From: Candidatus Krumholzibacteriia bacterium
GTDB taxonomy: Bacteria; Krumholzibacteriota; Krumholzibacteriia; LZORAL124-64-63
Assembly: GCA_036351155.1 (NCBI GenBank)
Contig: JAZBOO010000206.1
Location: 1-45,530 of the forward strand
Direction: 5' to 3'
Length of the DNA stretch: 45,530 nt
Position numbers and translations under genes: made by a program. Below are positions 1 to 8,933 of this stretch, one piece after another; positions within the stretch are counted from its first letter, which is position 1, and each line of letters begins with the position of its first letter. The notes beneath the pieces are model-generated. The model had not been told where the DNA came from. It did not search any database and was given only the letters and a program-made list of their open reading frames with translations.

Positions 1-112
1 GGGACCATGCAGAAACGGTGGGGGTATTTTGGTTGGCGACAGATTTCGGGGTTTGTACCATGGTGTCTCCATGGAACGCATCTTGAACCTCTGACCTGAC
101 CAAGGATCCTGC

Positions 113-709
113 ATGAGTCCCGGGCCCGGCGCACAGATCAGCGAAGAGCAACTCCTGGAGCTGGCCTGCCATCAGCCGGAAAGTCAGGCCGGCCGTGAAG
201 CGGCCGCCGAGTTGCTGGAGCGCTATCAGCAAAATGTGTATCTGTGGTGTTTCCGGATGGTCCGCGAACACGAGCTGGCCCTGGACATCGCGCAGGAGGT
301 TCTGATGCAAGCTTACTCTGCCTTGCCCCGGTTCGAGGGGCGATCGGGATTCGGGACCTGGCTGTTCGCCATCGCCCGAAACCGTTGTCTGAGCCAGCTG
401 CGTCGGCCCTCCCTGCTCGCCGATGAAGAGCAGGACCCGGACCAGCTGACCGCCGGGGGACCGGATCCGCAAAGGCACCTGGAGGAAAGCCAGGGCGAGG
501 AACAGTTGCTGAGCTTGATCAACGCCACCCTGGACGAAAGCGAACGCACCGCCCTTTGGCTCCGGTGTTTCGAGCGGGTTCCGGTGGATGAAATCTCCCG
601 CCTGCTCCAGCTGGATTCGGTCAGTGGCGCCCGAGCACTTCTGCAAAGGGCACGGCGGAAATTGCGCCGGGTACTGCCCGGAGTCGACCGGGAGGTGGAG
701 GAGTCATGA
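113..709 (+). CDS. ECF RNA polymerase sigma factor
   Basis: Region 2 (ALDIAQEVLMQAY, FGTWLFAIARNRC) and a region 4 HTH; overlaps the downstream anti-sigma gene (ATGA). Confidence 0.9.
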   Translation: MSPGPGAQISEEQLLELACHQPESQAGREAAAELLERYQQNVYLWCFRMVREHELALDIAQEVLMQAYSALPRFEGRSGFGTWLFAIARNRCLSQLRRPSLLADEEQDPDQLTAGGPDPQRHLEESQGEEQLLSLINATLDESERTALWLRCFERVPVDEISRLLQLDSVSGARALLQRARRKLRRVLPGVDREVEES

Positions 710-1320
710 TGGAGAGATCTTGCCTGTCCCCGGATCAGCTTCTGGTGGCCAAGGAGCGACCCGTTGGGGATCCCCAGCGCGCGCACCTTGCTTCCTGTGC
801 GCGTTGCCAGGCCAGCCTGTGCAACCTGGAAAGTTTCCTGGACGATGAGGCGGTTCCCGAGGGGGCGCGGCCCGATCTGGCCCGACCCCGGTTGACCGGC
901 GCCATCGCGCAGATGACGGGAACCCAGCGGAAAACCCGGCTGCCGGCCTCCTGGACCCTGGGCTCGCTGGCGCTGGCCGCGGTGCTGGTCCTGGTGGCCG
1001 TTCTCCCGGGGACCAGAGACCAGATTCCCACCCCCAGTCAGGTCTTGCGGGGCAACGCTCAAGAAACCACACTCGATCTGGGGACCGAAGACATCGCCGC
1101 AGGCCATCTGGCCCTGACCTGGACCAGGGTGCCGGGGGCCGACCGCTATGTCCTGGTATTTTTTGACGAGGGACTGCAGGAAATCGCGCGCGTCGAGGCC
1201 GGTGACCAGATCCGATGGGCGTCCACCCCTCCAGCCGAGGGCATCGTGTTCTGGCAGGCCATCGCCCTGAGCGGCGCCGAAACCCTGGCGGTTTCGGATC
1301 CGGCTCTGGTCCAGCCTTGA
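706..1320 (+). CDS. Zinc-binding (ZAS-type) transmembrane anti-sigma factor
   Basis: HLASCARC (HxxxCxxC), one TM helix, small C-terminal beta domain (LTWTRVPGADRY); RBS GGAGGAG. Confidence 0.8.
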   Translation: MMERSCLSPDQLLVAKERPVGDPQRAHLASCARCQASLCNLESFLDDEAVPEGARPDLARPRLTGAIAQMTGTQRKTRLPASWTLGSLALAAVLVLVAVLPGTRDQIPTPSQVLRGNAQETTLDLGTEDIAAGHLALTWTRVPGADRYVLVFFDEGLQEIARVEAGDQIRWASTPPAEGIVFWQAIALSGAETLAVSDPALVQP

Positions 1321-1335
1321 GCGGCTGCCGCCGGA

Positions 1336-3066
1336 TCAAAGTCGCGTCACCATCACCCCGGCAAATTTTCCCACCCGCGCCAGGTATTCTGGCAAGGGCA
1401 CTTTCACCAGTCCGGTCTTTTCGTAAAGGCCGGGCAGGGGTTTGCTGGCGGCGTGGCAGAGGTAAGCCTGGTCGCCCTCAACCAGGACGATTCCCACGTG
1501 TCCGATGACCAGTCCGTAATCCTGGCGGAGCATCGCTCCATCCTTGTGCCAGGGGCTCAGGACCATCCACACCACATCACCTTCCCTCAGTTCATCGACG
1601 TCCAGGGATTCCGCATCCACATACTGGAAACTTCCCGCCGGATATCGTGATGTGCCCACCGTGTCGGTCACGACACCGACCAGCTGCGCGGTGATGTCCC
1701 GGCCCCAGATGCCGCTGCGGATCATGTCCAGACTGAAGTCCAGATGCTCGGGACGGTCGTAGTCCACCCGGCCCTGGGCATCGACCACCGAGTCGGGATC
1801 GGCCCCAGAGAAGCGTGTGCGCAGGGCCCAGGCCAGGGCCTCGTCGTTGTCACGGGCGCGGGCCAGCTCGGTACAGCGGTACAGGAAACTGATGCAGTCG
1901 AAAGCCCGGTCATCCCACAGGTATCCCCGCGTGACATAGCCCTCTTCCGCCAGTCCGAAGCAGTAGGCTTGCCCACCCTGGTCGAGGAAATGGCGGGCCC
2001 AGAAGCCCACCTGCTGACCCGTGGTCAGGTCCGGTGCGGGCCAGGGCAGAGCCACCCGGTCGGTGTTGAAGGCGGCCAGGCGCATCAGCGCGCGGACCTT
2101 GGCCCGATGGTAGCGCTCGGCCTGCGCCGAAACGTCGGCCACCACGGCCACCGCCTCCGGAGCAAACACGCTCACCGAATCGACCAGCGACATCTGATGC
2201 AAGACGGGGTTGGCCTCGGCCACCGGCTTGAACAGGTGATTCATGCCCTCCAGCAGAACCAGCCGGGCCCTTGGCTGAGCGGCGGCCAGCAGTTCGGCAT
2301 CCTTCACCGACACCTGGATGTCCGTGGTGCCCTGGACCACCGCCACCGGCCCGTCGAACCGGCCAATCGCCACCTGGGGATCGAACTTTTGCCAGGAAAT
2401 CAGATAGGGTTGAACCGAGGGGCGGAACAGGATCATCAGCTCCGGCGGAGGCTCGGCCACCGTTTCGCCGCGTGCCAGGCTGGCCATCAGCTGATCGGCA
2501 TGGACCCTGTGGCGCACCGGCAATTGCTTGGCCAGCTGTTCCTTCAGGAGAGTGAACACCGGGCGGCCGGGACCGGCCAGGGACACGAAGCCGTCGGCTC
2601 CGGCCAGCCAGGCCGCGTTGGCCCCGATCTGGGAACCCTCGCTATGGCCGGCGATGGTTACCGAGGAAAAGCGAGGGTCGGCCTGCAACCAGCGGGCCCA
2701 GGCGGTCGCATCTTCGATGTAGTGCTCGAACCGCAGATCCATCTCCGACAGACCGGCCGCCAGGCTGGCGCCCACCCCGCGCTTGTCGAAGCGCAGCGAG
2801 GCAATGCCCTGCTGGCCCAGCCCTTCGGCCAGCTGGCGCAGACTGTTGTTCTTGCCGGGAAAAATGGTGGTGTTGCCGTCGCGGTCGGTGGGGCCGCTGC
2901 CCGAAAGGATCAAAACCACGGGAACCGCCGAGGCCTCCTCGGGAAGCAGAAGGGTGCCGTGCAGAACGCCTGTGCCGGTGTCCAGCTGAACCGGCATCGC
3001 GTCCTGTGCCACACCAGGGCCGCTGAAAAACAGCAGGAATACGGACAGGAAAATGACCCAGCGCAT
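1336..3066 (-). CDS. Secreted alpha/beta hydrolase fused to a DUF1460/NlpC-P60-like amidase domain
   Basis: Signal peptide MRWVIFLSVFLL; GSGPTDRDGN, FDKRGVG, GHSEG nucleophile, GTTD, MNH; C-terminal FDCISF...GHVGIV...HAAS. Confidence 0.8.
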   Translation of the reverse strand: MRWVIFLSVFLLFFSGPGVAQDAMPVQLDTGTGVLHGTLLLPEEASAVPVVLILSGSGPTDRDGNTTIFPGKNNSLRQLAEGLGQQGIASLRFDKRGVGASLAAGLSEMDLRFEHYIEDATAWARWLQADPRFSSVTIAGHSEGSQIGANAAWLAGADGFVSLAGPGRPVFTLLKEQLAKQLPVRHRVHADQLMASLARGETVAEPPPELMILFRPSVQPYLISWQKFDPQVAIGRFDGPVAVVQGTTDIQVSVKDAELLAAAQPRARLVLLEGMNHLFKPVAEANPVLHQMSLVDSVSVFAPEAVAVVADVSAQAERYHRAKVRALMRLAAFNTDRVALPWPAPDLTTGQQVGFWARHFLDQGGQAYCFGLAEEGYVTRGYLWDDRAFDCISFLYRCTELARARDNDEALAWALRTRFSGADPDSVVDAQGRVDYDRPEHLDFSLDMIRSGIWGRDITAQLVGVVTDTVGTSRYPAGSFQYVDAESLDVDELREGDVVWMVLSPWHKDGAMLRQDYGLVIGHVGIVLVEGDQAYLCHAASKPLPGLYEKTGLVKVPLPEYLARVGKFAGVMVTRL

Positions 3067-3208
3067 GAGGTCTCGCCTTCCGGGAAAAGGATGAAGGAAT
3101 ACCTTGGCACATGACCATACCCCTGGACCACTTTTTTCTTTACATTGAGATCCAATCCGGACAGTGTGCACGAAACAACAACCTGATCGTCTTTTTGGAG
3201 GATTTCCC

Positions 3209-3604
3209 ATGAAGAGCGTGTACGGCTGCCCTCACTGCAACACCGTGCTGAACCCCAGCGTCAAGATCCTGCTGGTTGCCAAGTACAACAAGAAGAGGGG
3301 CATGATCCTGCTCAGCCCTCAGCCGGGCAATTTCAAGTTCATCTGTGACAAGAGTGTGGAAAACCTGCTGAAGCCCGGAGCCACGGTCTCTTTTTCGTGC
3401 CCGGTTTGTGGTGAGGATCTGACCTCTCCCGGCAACAAGAAGTTCGCGGAACTGACCCTGCGCGATCCCAACGGTCACCTGCGCAAGGTCGAGTTCAGCC
3501 GCGCGTTCGGCACCCAGGCCACCTACGTGATCGACGGTCAGGAAGTGACCGCCTACGGTGACGATGCCGACGACTTCAACACGACCAACTTCTTCGGGGT
3601 TTGA
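3209..3604 (+). CDS. Small putative zinc-binding protein
   Basis: CPHC and CPVC motifs; RBS GGAGG; strongly biased codon usage. Confidence 0.75.
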   Translation: MKSVYGCPHCNTVLNPSVKILLVAKYNKKRGMILLSPQPGNFKFICDKSVENLLKPGATVSFSCPVCGEDLTSPGNKKFAELTLRDPNGHLRKVEFSRAFGTQATYVIDGQEVTAYGDDADDFNTTNFFGV

Positions 3605-3622
3605 TGTTCCGGGTCCGAGGAG

Positions 3623-3997
3623 TTAGACGAGTTCCGATTCCGGGGCCTTGATCAGCTGGTCCCGGAACAGGACCGAACCATCCTCCAGGAACTGAAATTC
3701 AGAAAATTCCAGACGTGGCACCTCGGCTCCGCAGTGTGCGCACACGGGCTGAGTGTTTTGTCCATCCTGCGGCAAGAGGATCTCGCCCCGCTCGTTCAGG
3801 CGCTTGAATTTCTGACGAAGCTCCCGGGTCTGCCATTCCCATCGGTTCAACGTATCCTGAAGCTGGGTCACCAGGTCGTTTTCTGCCCCCGTGGTCAGGA
3901 CCCGATCCATCAAGGTCAGGCAATCCTCGTAGGCCACCGTGGCCGATTCATACTGATGGCTGTAACTCGCCAGGTGGGAACAGAATTCAACGGCCAT
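3623..3997 (-). CDS. Hypothetical helical protein with CxxC
   Basis: ORF fills the gap; coiled-coil-like segment; CAHC motif. Confidence 0.6.
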   Translation of the reverse strand: MAVEFCSHLASYSHQYESATVAYEDCLTLMDRVLTTGAENDLVTQLQDTLNRWEWQTRELRQKFKRLNERGEILLPQDGQNTQPVCAHCGAEVPRLEFSEFQFLEDGSVLFRDQLIKAPESELV

Positions 3998-4374
3998 GGT
4001 CAACGGGTCCTTCCGGTCAGGTTTGTCTTCCTTTTTTCGGCAGAGATCGCCCGGACTTGACCCCCCCTGCCGGGAGACCGCCTATATATCCAACTAACAA
4101 ATAATTTAAGAATCTTCTTTTTGATGAAGTCGTTTTATTGAAAATGATAATCGGCGAATTTGTCCCATTTATCCTCGAAAGAACGCCCTTGCCCCTCCCC
4201 ACCTGGGGCAAATGGCGACAGTTTCTGTCATCTATTTGTCACAAAAACCTTGGCTTCGATTTTCCTCCTGCCTAAAATTTTAATGGACCGGGAGGCTCCC
4301 GGCCGTGCGATCACCTTGTTTTTTATCCGCGACACTGTCTGTCGGCGGTTGGAAAACCCTTGGAGGAAATGACG

Positions 4375-5841
4375 ATGCGTAATGCTGCCCATTCGATCCT
4401 GACCGGTCTGGCTCTTGCCCTGTTTTGCGCGATGCCCGTCCTGGCCCTGGATGCCATCGAAGATCACCAGGACCTGGAAGGCCCCTTTCCCGATGGCCCC
4501 AGCGTGACGGCCACCTGTCTGGAATGTCACGAGGACGCGGCCCATGATTTCATGAAAACCAGTCACTGGACCTGGGAGCCCATGCAGGACGTCATCGGCA
4601 AGGGTCAAGTCCCCCTGGGCAAGAAGAACACCCTGAACAACTTCTGCATTGCCGTGAACAGCAACTGGCCCCGCTGCACCAGCTGTCATGCCGGCTATGG
4701 CTGGAAAGACGGCAGTTTCGACTTCACCGACGCCACCAAGGTGGACTGCCTGGTTTGTCACGATCAGACCGGCAAGTACAGGAAGTTCCCCACCGGCGCC
4801 GGCCATCCCGTGTACGAACCCACGGAATGGAACGGCAAGATCTGGGAACCCCTGGATCTGGCTGGACTGGCGCGGACCGTGGGCTCCCCCCAGCGCCACA
4901 ACTGCGGAGCCTGCCACTTCAACGGCGGTGGCGGCGACAACGTGAAGCACGGCGATCTGGACAACAGCCTGCTCGAGCCTGAGCTGAGCCTGGACGTGCA
5001 CATGAGCCCCGACGGCCAGAACTTCAGCTGCCAGGAATGCCATACCACCGAAGCCCACGACATCAGCGGCAACTCCATGTTCGTCAGCCCCGGCGGCGCC
5101 AACCACCTGGAATGCACCAGCTGCCATGACACCGATGTGCACAAGAAGCGGATCCTGAACTGGCACGGCAAATCCGTGGCCTGCCAGACCTGCCACGTGC
5201 CCACCTACGCGCGCAAGGACCCCACCAAGATGTGGTGGGACTGGTCCACCGCCGGCACCGGCCAGGAAGCGGCCAAAGACGAGTTCGGCAAGCCCACCTT
5301 CGACAACAAGAAGGGCACCTTCACCTGGGCCATGAACGTGGTCCCCACCTATGCCTGGTACGATGGCCTCAGCGGCCAGTATCTGCTGGGTGACCCCATC
5401 AACCCCGATGGTGTGACGAAGCTGAATCATCCGCTGGGTGACCGCCTGGACCCGAAGAGCAAGCTGTACCCCTTCAAGGTCATGAAGGGCAAGCAGCCTT
5501 ATGACAAGGGCTTGAACATCATTGCCGTGCCCAAGCTCTTCGGAAAAACCGGTTTCTGGAAGAACGGGTTCGAATGGAACGACGCCCTGAAACAAGGCAT
5601 GGAGTCGGTGGGTCTGGAATACAGCGGCGAATATGGCTTTGCCGAGACCGAGGCCTGGTGGCGCATCAACCACATGGTGGCCCCGGCCACGGACGCCCTG
5701 CATTGCAAGGCTTGCCACGCCAGCGACGGCTCCGGCCGCCTGGACTGGAAGGCCCTCGGCTACACCGGCGACCCTGCCCACAAGCGCGGCATCAGCCGAT
5801 ACGAGCTGCATGAGGCCTACGACGACGTCGAAGTGCAGTAA
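4375..5841 (+). CDS. otr: Octaheme c-type cytochrome, tetrathionate reductase (Otr) family
   Basis: Signal peptide; 8 CxxCH motifs (CLECH, CTSCH, CLVCH, CGACH, CQECH, CTSCH, CQTCH, CKACH); HWTW, GKKNTLNNFC, CHAGYGW, GGGGDNVKHGD. Confidence 0.93.
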   Translation: MRNAAHSILTGLALALFCAMPVLALDAIEDHQDLEGPFPDGPSVTATCLECHEDAAHDFMKTSHWTWEPMQDVIGKGQVPLGKKNTLNNFCIAVNSNWPRCTSCHAGYGWKDGSFDFTDATKVDCLVCHDQTGKYRKFPTGAGHPVYEPTEWNGKIWEPLDLAGLARTVGSPQRHNCGACHFNGGGGDNVKHGDLDNSLLEPELSLDVHMSPDGQNFSCQECHTTEAHDISGNSMFVSPGGANHLECTSCHDTDVHKKRILNWHGKSVACQTCHVPTYARKDPTKMWWDWSTAGTGQEAAKDEFGKPTFDNKKGTFTWAMNVVPTYAWYDGLSGQYLLGDPINPDGVTKLNHPLGDRLDPKSKLYPFKVMKGKQPYDKGLNIIAVPKLFGKTGFWKNGFEWNDALKQGMESVGLEYSGEYGFAETEAWWRINHMVAPATDALHCKACHASDGSGRLDWKALGYTGDPAHKRGISRYELHEAYDDVEVQ

Positions 5842-5859
5842 ATCACTGGAATTTCTGAC

Positions 5860-5894
5860 AAGGGCCCCTGACCGCGCGTCGGGGGCCTTTTTTT
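5860..5894 (+). terminator. Intrinsic terminator after otr
   Basis: GGCCCCTGAC/GTCGGGGGCC stem followed by T7. Confidence 0.85.
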
Positions 5895-6020
5895 GTCGGG
5901 GTGGGCCGTCAGGATTAGCTTGCGCCCGCGGCTTTTCTTTTCCACGTTTAACCTTAGTCCGGATCAGAACCACCCCGACTTCCTCTTTGCCTTGCCGCCC
6001 CTTCGGGCCAGGAGCACGCC

Positions 6021-7328
6021 ATGACCCAGCCGCAAATGTCCCCGCTTTTCGAAAGTCGCAAGCCTTCGGTCATCCGCATGGCCCAGATCCAGTTCGATCA
6101 GCGCGGAGACGATACGCAGGCCATCAACGTGGCCATCGGCAATATCAACTTGCCCATGTATCCGGCCATGATCCATCGCATGAAGAACCTGGACGCCCCG
6201 GGCAGCCCCTTCGAAAAAGGCGTGGTCATGTACTCGGCCACCAGCGGCACGCAGGAATGCATCGATGCCTTCATGAACGTGATCGCCAGCAGCGGCTTCG
6301 ACACCAGCGGCCTGTTCGGGCACATCACCGAGGGCGGCACCCAGGCCATGGAGCTGCTGGTCACCGGCATCTGCGGCCCCGGCGGCAGCGGTAAAAAACC
6401 CCTGCTGCTCATCGACGCCGCCTACACCAACTACAAGACCCTGTGCCAGCGTCTGGACCGGGACACCTGCAGCATCACCCGCACCCTGGGCGACGACGGC
6501 AAGTTTTCCCTGCCTTCGGCCGAGGCGATCGAGAAGGTCATCCTGGAAAAGAAGCCCGGCGGCATCGTGGTGATCCCCTTCGACAATCCCACCGGTCAGT
6601 ACTACGACAAGCAGGCCATGATCATGCTGGCCCAGCTGGCCGTGAAGCACAACCTGTGGCTGATCAGCGACGAAGCCTACCGTGAGCTCTATTACACCGG
6701 GGGCGAATGCACCAGCATCTGGGGCCTGACCGAGGACGATGTGCCCGGCATCACCGGCCGCCGCATCTCCGTGGAAACCACCAGCAAGGTGTGGAATGCC
6801 TGCGGCCTGCGCATCGGTGCCCTCGTGACCGACAACGAGGTGTTCAACCGCCAGGCCATCGCCGAGCACACCGTCAGCCTGTGCAGCAGCGTCATCGGCC
6901 AGTACATCTTCGGCGCGGTGGCGCACGAGGACCACGCCACATTGCAGGGCTGGTACGAGAAGCAGCGGGCCTACTACAAGGAGATGCTGTTCAGCTTCAC
7001 CGCCGCGGTGAAGAAGTCTCTGCCCGGCGTGGTGGTCAGCAGCCCCGACGCGGCCCTGTACTCGGTGATCGACGTGAAGAATCTGGTCGATGAAAAATTC
7101 AGCGCCCTGGACTTCGTGATGTGGTGCGCCAGCGAAGGTGCGGTGGATCTGGACGGCCAACCGTGGACGGTGCTCACCGCACCCATGGCCGGCTTCTACA
7201 GCGTGCCCGCCGGTCAACCCAACCCCGGCCGCACGCAGATGCGCGTGGCCTACGTGGCCACTCCCGAGAAGATGGCCCTGATCCCCGGGCTGTTCGCGCA
7301 GTTGCTGGAGAAGTATCTGGCCGGGTGA
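6021..7328 (+). CDS. PLP-dependent aminotransferase class I/II
   Basis: DNPTG, ISDEAY, TTSKVW (PLP lysine), GLRIG. Confidence 0.9.
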   Translation: MTQPQMSPLFESRKPSVIRMAQIQFDQRGDDTQAINVAIGNINLPMYPAMIHRMKNLDAPGSPFEKGVVMYSATSGTQECIDAFMNVIASSGFDTSGLFGHITEGGTQAMELLVTGICGPGGSGKKPLLLIDAAYTNYKTLCQRLDRDTCSITRTLGDDGKFSLPSAEAIEKVILEKKPGGIVVIPFDNPTGQYYDKQAMIMLAQLAVKHNLWLISDEAYRELYYTGGECTSIWGLTEDDVPGITGRRISVETTSKVWNACGLRIGALVTDNEVFNRQAIAEHTVSLCSSVIGQYIFGAVAHEDHATLQGWYEKQRAYYKEMLFSFTAAVKKSLPGVVVSSPDAALYSVIDVKNLVDEKFSALDFVMWCASEGAVDLDGQPWTVLTAPMAGFYSVPAGQPNPGRTQMRVAYVATPEKMALIPGLFAQLLEKYLAG

Positions 7329-7362
7329 TTGAGCTTGCCGGCGGTATTGCCTCTTGATACGC

Positions 7363-7388
7363 CAGAGGGGGTCGCGCGACCCCCTCTG
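7363..7388. repeat. Perfect 26-bp palindrome between convergent genes
   Basis: CAGAGGGGGTCGCGCGACCCCCTCTG. Confidence 0.8.
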
Positions 7389-7419
7389 ATTCATCATTGA
7401 TCAATTTTTGCCAACGATT

Positions 7420-8157
7420 CTAGTCCTCGATCGTCTCCTCCAGCATGATCTTGATTTCCTGGGTGCCGTCGCCGTTGATCACTTCCACCTGGGCGTCGCC
7501 CGTGAAGCCCTCAGCGGCCAGCTGCTGCAGGATCTGGGTGCGGATTTCCTCGGCGCTGGACCCCTCGGTCTCGATGTTGAAGACCTGGCGGCCGAATCGG
7601 TCGAAAAGACTCTCGGTGATGGTGGTCGAAAGTGGCTCGAAGCTGATGTCGGCAGCATCCAGATGGGGAAATTCCGCCTGGATGGCGGCGCTCAGCGCCT
7701 CGGCATCCAGATTCTCGCCCCAGATCATCAGACTGATGTCGGCGGTCACTGTCCCGGCATCGTCGATGAACTCCCGAACACTGACGTTCAGCTCTTCCAC
7801 ACCAGGCTGGCTGGAAATGAAGTCGGTGATCTGTTCCTGGGCTTCGAACTCCAGGGACTTGTCGGCCGATGAACCGGACATCTTCAGGGCGATATGCCCC
7901 TGCTGACCCGCTTGGATCTGGGTCGAGGTTTCGGTGGTGCAGGCGCCGACGGCCAACAGCATCAGGGCCAGGCCGACGACGGCAAAACGGGCGGTCTTGT
8001 TCCAGGGATTGAGCAGCATGAGCCACCTCCGGTGACGTGGGTGAGTTTGTCGATACCGGTGCAGGAGCTCTTCTTCCAGGGCCTGTCGCTGCTGCAGGTC
8101 GCCCACCGGCTGACGGTACAGCCGGTCCAGGTTCCTGTTCAATCGGTCGCCGCGCAT
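7420..8157 (-). CDS. Putative membrane-anchored anti-sigma factor with lipobox-like Cys
   Basis: Overlaps the ECF gene; basic N-terminal domain, TM ending LLAVGAC, acidic extracytoplasmic domain. Confidence 0.7.
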   Translation of the reverse strand: MRGDRLNRNLDRLYRQPVGDLQQRQALEEELLHRYRQTHPRHRRWLMLLNPWNKTARFAVVGLALMLLAVGACTTETSTQIQAGQQGHIALKMSGSSADKSLEFEAQEQITDFISSQPGVEELNVSVREFIDDAGTVTADISLMIWGENLDAEALSAAIQAEFPHLDAADISFEPLSTTITESLFDRFGRQVFNIETEGSSAEEIRTQILQQLAAEGFTGDAQVEVINGDGTQEIKIMLEETIED

Positions 8158-8735
8158 GGGCTCTCTCCTTTGCTCTGTCCGATACCCTTGTCTTCATCCC
8201 TCAACTGGAGCTGGAGCTTGCGAATGGTGCGTGCGAAACGCTGCTTGGCTGCGTCCGGACTCAGGCCCATGACCTCCGCCACTTCCCTGACCCGCAATCC
8301 CTGCTCGAAACGCAGGGCGAACATCTCGCGGATGTCGGCGGGTTGCCGGGCCAGGTGGCGACCGATCGCCTGCAGTTCCTCGTCACGCACCAGGCGATTC
8401 AAGGGACCGATATGGGATCCGGCCAGCTGTTCGGCCAGGTCGTCGACGTCCACGGCCTGAGGCCGGGCGCGGCGCAACTGATCGATCACCGCATTGCGGG
8501 CCATGGTCAGGGTCCAGGTCATGACCGAGCCCTTGTCGCTGTCGTACCGATCCAGATGCCGCAGAAAATTCCGGAACACCTGGGCCGTGACATCCTCGGC
8601 ATCCTGGGGATTGTTCACCCGGCCATGCACATAGGCCGCCACCGGACGGAACAGCTCTCCATACAGCCGACGGAAGGCGTCTTCATTGCCGCGCCTGGCC
8701 AGACTCAGCCACAGCCGCTGCCGTTTATCACGCAT
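8139..8735 (-). CDS. ECF RNA polymerase sigma factor
   Basis: DAEDVTAQVF, WTLTMARNAVID, region 4 VREVAEVMGLS. Confidence 0.9.
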   Translation of the reverse strand: MRDKRQRLWLSLARRGNEDAFRRLYGELFRPVAAYVHGRVNNPQDAEDVTAQVFRNFLRHLDRYDSDKGSVMTWTLTMARNAVIDQLRRARPQAVDVDDLAEQLAGSHIGPLNRLVRDEELQAIGRHLARQPADIREMFALRFEQGLRVREVAEVMGLSPDAAKQRFARTIRKLQLQLRDEDKGIGQSKGESPCAATD

Positions 8736-8806
8736 GTCTTTTCGCAAGTCCAAGGGCGGATCCGCTCCCCTGAGTTGTCAGGTCTCTCATCGAATGGACA
8801 CACCAG

Positions 8807-8834
8807 TATACGCCCGTTGGCGGTTTTGGTGACA
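8807..8834 (-). promoter_or_regulatory. Candidate ECF-type autoregulatory promoter
   Basis: Minus strand TGTCAC-N16-CGTATA upstream of the ECF gene. Confidence 0.45.
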
Positions 8835-8933
8835 GCCGTTGTCGCAAACCGGACCAACAGGTGTGGAAATCTATTCTCAAATCTGGTAGAATCCCTGCCA
8901 GGTGGGAAACCAGGGAGCATCTCAGAAATTATC

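Noticed and set aside
8037..8933. N-terminal 299-aa extension of the first kinase ORF
   Set aside because: Overlaps the ECF operon on the other strand; a signal peptide starts at 8934
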